64,000 bases of DNA from Macrostomum lignano (Eukaryota), in the NCBI GenBank assembly GCA_002269645.1, contig NIVC01001326.1, forward strand, positions 243,708 to 307,707, given 5' to 3'. This document shows positions 61,501 to 64,000 of the stretch, piece by piece. The notes under the pieces were generated by a model. It did not search any database. It saw only the letters and a list, made by a program, of their open reading frames with translations, and was not told the DNA's origin. The translations under genes were made by a program, and so were the position numbers. Positions within the stretch are counted from its first letter, which is position 1. The number at the start of each line of letters is the position of its first letter.

Positions 61501-62782
61501 TCTGTGTACAGCTGACAGGTGGGTAATGGGAGTGTCTGTGTACAGCTGACAGGTGGGTAATGGGAGTGTCTGTGTACAGCTGACAGGTGGGTGATAGGAG
61601 TGTCTGTGTACAGCTGACAGGTGGGTAATGGGAGTGTCTGTGTACAGCTGACAGGTGGGTGATAGGAGTGTCTGTGTACAGCTGACAGGTGGGTAATGGG
61701 AGTGTCTGTGTACAGCTGACAGGTGGGTAATGGGAGTGTCTGTGTACAGCTGACAGGTGGGTGATAGGAGTGTCTGTGTACAGCTGACAGGTGGGTGATG
61801 GGAGTGTCTGTGTACAGCTGACAGGTGGGTGATGGGAGTGTCTGTGTACAGCTGACAGGTGGGTAATGGGAGTGTCTGTGTACAGCTGACAGGTGGGTAA
61901 TGGGAGTGTCTGTGTACAGCTGACAGGTGGGTAATGGGAGTGTCTGTGTACAGCTGACAGGTGGGTGATAGGAGTGTCTGTGTACAGCTGACAGGTGGGT
62001 GATGGGTGATGGGAGTGTCTGTGTACAGCTGACAGGTGGGTAATGGGAGTGTCTGTGTACAGCTGACAGGTGGGTGATAGGAGTGTCTGTGTACAGCTGA
62101 CAGGTGGGTAATGGGAGTGTCTGTGTACAGCTGACAGGTGGGTGATAGGAGTGTCTGTGTACAGCTGACAGGTGGGTAATGGGAGTGTCTGTGTACAGCT
62201 GACAGGTGGGTGATAGGAGTGTCTGTGTACAGCTGACAGGTGGGTGATAGGAGTGTCTGTGTACAGCTGACAGGTGGGTGATAGGAGTGTCTGTGTACAG
62301 CTGACAGGTGGGTAATGGGAGTGTCTGTGTACAGCTGACAGGTGGGTGATGGAGTGTCTGTGTACAGCTGACAGGTGGGTAATGGGAGTGTCTGTGTACA
62401 GCTGACAGGTGGGTAATGGGAGTGTCTGTGTACAGCTGACAGGTGGGTGATGGGAGTGTCTGTGTACAGCTGACAGGTGGGTGATGGGAGTGTCTGTGTA
62501 CAGCTGACAGGTGGGTGATGGGAGTGTCTGTGTACAGCTGACAGGTGGGTGATAGGAGTGTCTGTGTACAGCTGACAGGTGGGTGATAGGAGTGTCTGTG
62601 TACAGCTGACAGGTGGGTGATGGAGTGTCTGTGTACAGCTGACAGGTGGGTGATGGGAGTGTCTGTGTACAGCTGACAGGTGGGTGATAGGAGTGTCTGT
62701 GTACAGCTGACAGGTGGGTGAGGTTAGAGTCTGAACACTTCCTTTATCATTACTGCTCGTTGATTTTTAGGCTCGCCACTAA
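48779..62782 (+). CDS. NAP1: Nucleosome assembly protein 1 (NAP1L1/4-like); exons 48779-48818, 48932-49052, 53158-53882, 54265-54287, 54546-54665, 61107-61133, 61324-61380, and a probable last coding exon from 62771 (C-terminus uncertain)
   Basis: YLS|LPESMKRRVRALKKLQ, GLPGFWLT.LKN, EHDEPILKHLTDI, FTLEFHFSQNEYFSNSVLTK, GCDIQWCKGKNVT, DSFFNFFNPP and DFEIGHFIRERIV.RAVL.FTGE, followed by the acidic tail LDDDDE|FDDEDEEEE|DDDGDNE. Phases are consistent. Confidence 0.9.
49190..50640 (+). repeat. 21-bp minisatellite (gaaatggcatccatacagata), NAP1 intron 2
   Basis: Direct reading. Confidence 0.95.
51200..52580 (+). repeat. Degenerate (GTTA)n microsatellite, NAP1 intron 2
   Basis: Direct reading. Confidence 0.95.
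52581..52920 (+). mobile_element. Dispersed repeat family 2, longest copy, with a degenerate tRNA-like head (probable SINE)
   Basis: The head has gggccac..., a cctggc/gccag stem and GGTTCGATT near 52643. The body is shared with 8700-8860 and 7600-7960. Confidence 0.6.
55390..60650 (+). CDS. Ionotropic glutamate receptor, non-NMDA (kainate/AMPA-like), about 1061 aa; exons 55390-56475, 57004-58608, 60156-60650
   Basis: Signal peptide and ATD; S1 [50 protein letters not shown]; M2 WF.VG.LMQQGSD; M3 [23 protein letters not shown]; S2 GGSTEAFF, YAFLMES..IEY and GG.IDSKGYG; LK.KWW..G.C; M4 IGGIFLVLVGG. The ligand residues T, R, S, T and E are conserved. Confidence 0.95.
58622..60075 (+). repeat. 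24-bp minisatellite (aaaatgtcgcttcagttgtcggtc), iGluR intron 2
   Basis: Direct reading. Confidence 0.95.
60665..60905 (+). repeat. 30-bp minisatellite (tgcggatatctgctgtgtgtgggatgggac) just after the iGluR stop
   Basis: Direct reading. Confidence 0.95.
61390..62722 (+). repeat. 34-bp minisatellite (gtgtctgtgtacagctgacaggtgggtaatggga), about 39 copies, NAP1 intron after exon 61324-61380
   Basis: Direct reading. Confidence 0.95.
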
Positions 62783-63527
62783 AATGCTTTGACTCGACTA
62801 GTGCAACCTTCTAGTGAGTACTTGCTTTGTTTATATTGGGGTGAGATTTTGCATTGAGTTGTTCTTGGTGCTCACTGCAGCCAGACGTTTTTAAACTCTC
62901 TCATTTTTCAGACGGCCTTCCAACCGTGACAACTGCCAGCTGTGCAATAATAATTTCTATTGAAGAACAGCAACTGACAAGATATAAGCTATTGGTTTCA
63001 TTTTTAATCAATTTTAAGATTGATTAGCAAAACAACTTTTGTATAGATTGAATTTATTAATGAATTTGTGCACCTTTATAACCGCTATTAAAATACTACT
63101 CTTAGTAGCGCATCCGCGTGTCCTTTTTATTATTGTCTTTCTAATTTTATTTATTTAGACAGCGGTGACAGAGTTCAGTTTTTGGAAGCTGTGTTGTTTT
63201 TTAATTGTATTAACGCAATTGTAATTTTATTATTTTGCCCGAAACTGCTCACTCTAATTTTGTACTCAATGCAAACTTCTACCCAGCACCTTTTTTATTC
63301 GGCGGCAAGCATGCTAGTTAGCAATTCATTAATACTTTGCCTACCTAATCCCCAAGCTTAGTGGTGCTTGAGCTGAATAAATAAGCTATAGATATCAGTG
63401 ATTAATTAGCACTTATTTGGCTCCCGTTTTATTTTTATTTGTTGAACTTTTTTTACAATTTTAGCGTTAACTATATAGCGTTTGCTTGTCATCATAAGCC
63501 TTCAGATACTCGATTTGAACTGAAACC

Positions 63528-64000
63528 CTCCCAGATCCTCAGTTGCTGGGCCAGCCTCCCAGATCCTCAGTTGCTGGGCCAGCCTCCCAGATCCTCAGTT
63601 GCTGGGCCAGCCTCCCAGATCCTCAGTTGCTGGGCCAGCCTCCCAGATCCTCAGTTGCTGGGCCAGCCTCCCAGATCCTCAGTTGCTAGGCCAGCCTCCC
63701 AGATCCTCAGTTGCTAGGCCAGCCTCCCAGATCCTCAGTTGCTGGGCCACCCTCCCAGATCCTCAGTTGCTGGGCCAGCCTCCCAGAGTGTCAGTTGCTG
63801 GGCCAGCCTCCCAGATCCTCAGTTGCTGTGCCAGCCTCCCAGATCCTCAGTTACTGGGCCAGCCTCCCAGATCCTCAGTTGCTGTGCCAGCCTCCCAGAG
63901 TGTCAGTTGCTGGGCCAGCCTCCCAGATCCTCAGTTGCTGTGCCAGCCTCCCAGATCCTCAGTTACTGGGCCAGCCTCCCAGATCCTCAGTTGCTGTGCC
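63528..64000 (+). repeat. 28-bp minisatellite (cctcccagatcctcagttgctgggccag) running off the window end
   Basis: Direct reading. Confidence 0.95.

Overview
Animal genomic DNA with GC-rich exons, AT-rich intergenic DNA, and introns filled with micro- and minisatellites. The style resembles a macrostomid flatworm such as Macrostomum; that assignment is inference only. Nine protein-coding genes can be built, all on the + strand: ATP synthase coupling factor 6 (ATP5PF), EXOSC10/RRP6, a cation-dependent mannose-6-phosphate-receptor-like gene, a 15-exon xanthine dehydrogenase, a frameshifted GM2-activator/ML-domain gene, a single-CRD TNF-receptor-like gene, a 2-TM PPxY protein, NAP1, and a non-NMDA ionotropic glutamate receptor. 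The receptor lies inside a NAP1 intron on the same strand. Also present are a decayed THAP/P-element transposase, two tRNA-derived SINE-like families, several MITEs and more than 20 different tandem arrays. Most long ORFs in the track are artefacts of these arrays. The most notable points are the same-strand nested iGluR, a U12-type intron next to a GC-AG intron in XDH, intronic minisatellites that amplify splice signals (two seeded from the real donor site), and a candidate trans-spliced operon. Exon coordinates were read by hand, and repeat boundaries are approximate.
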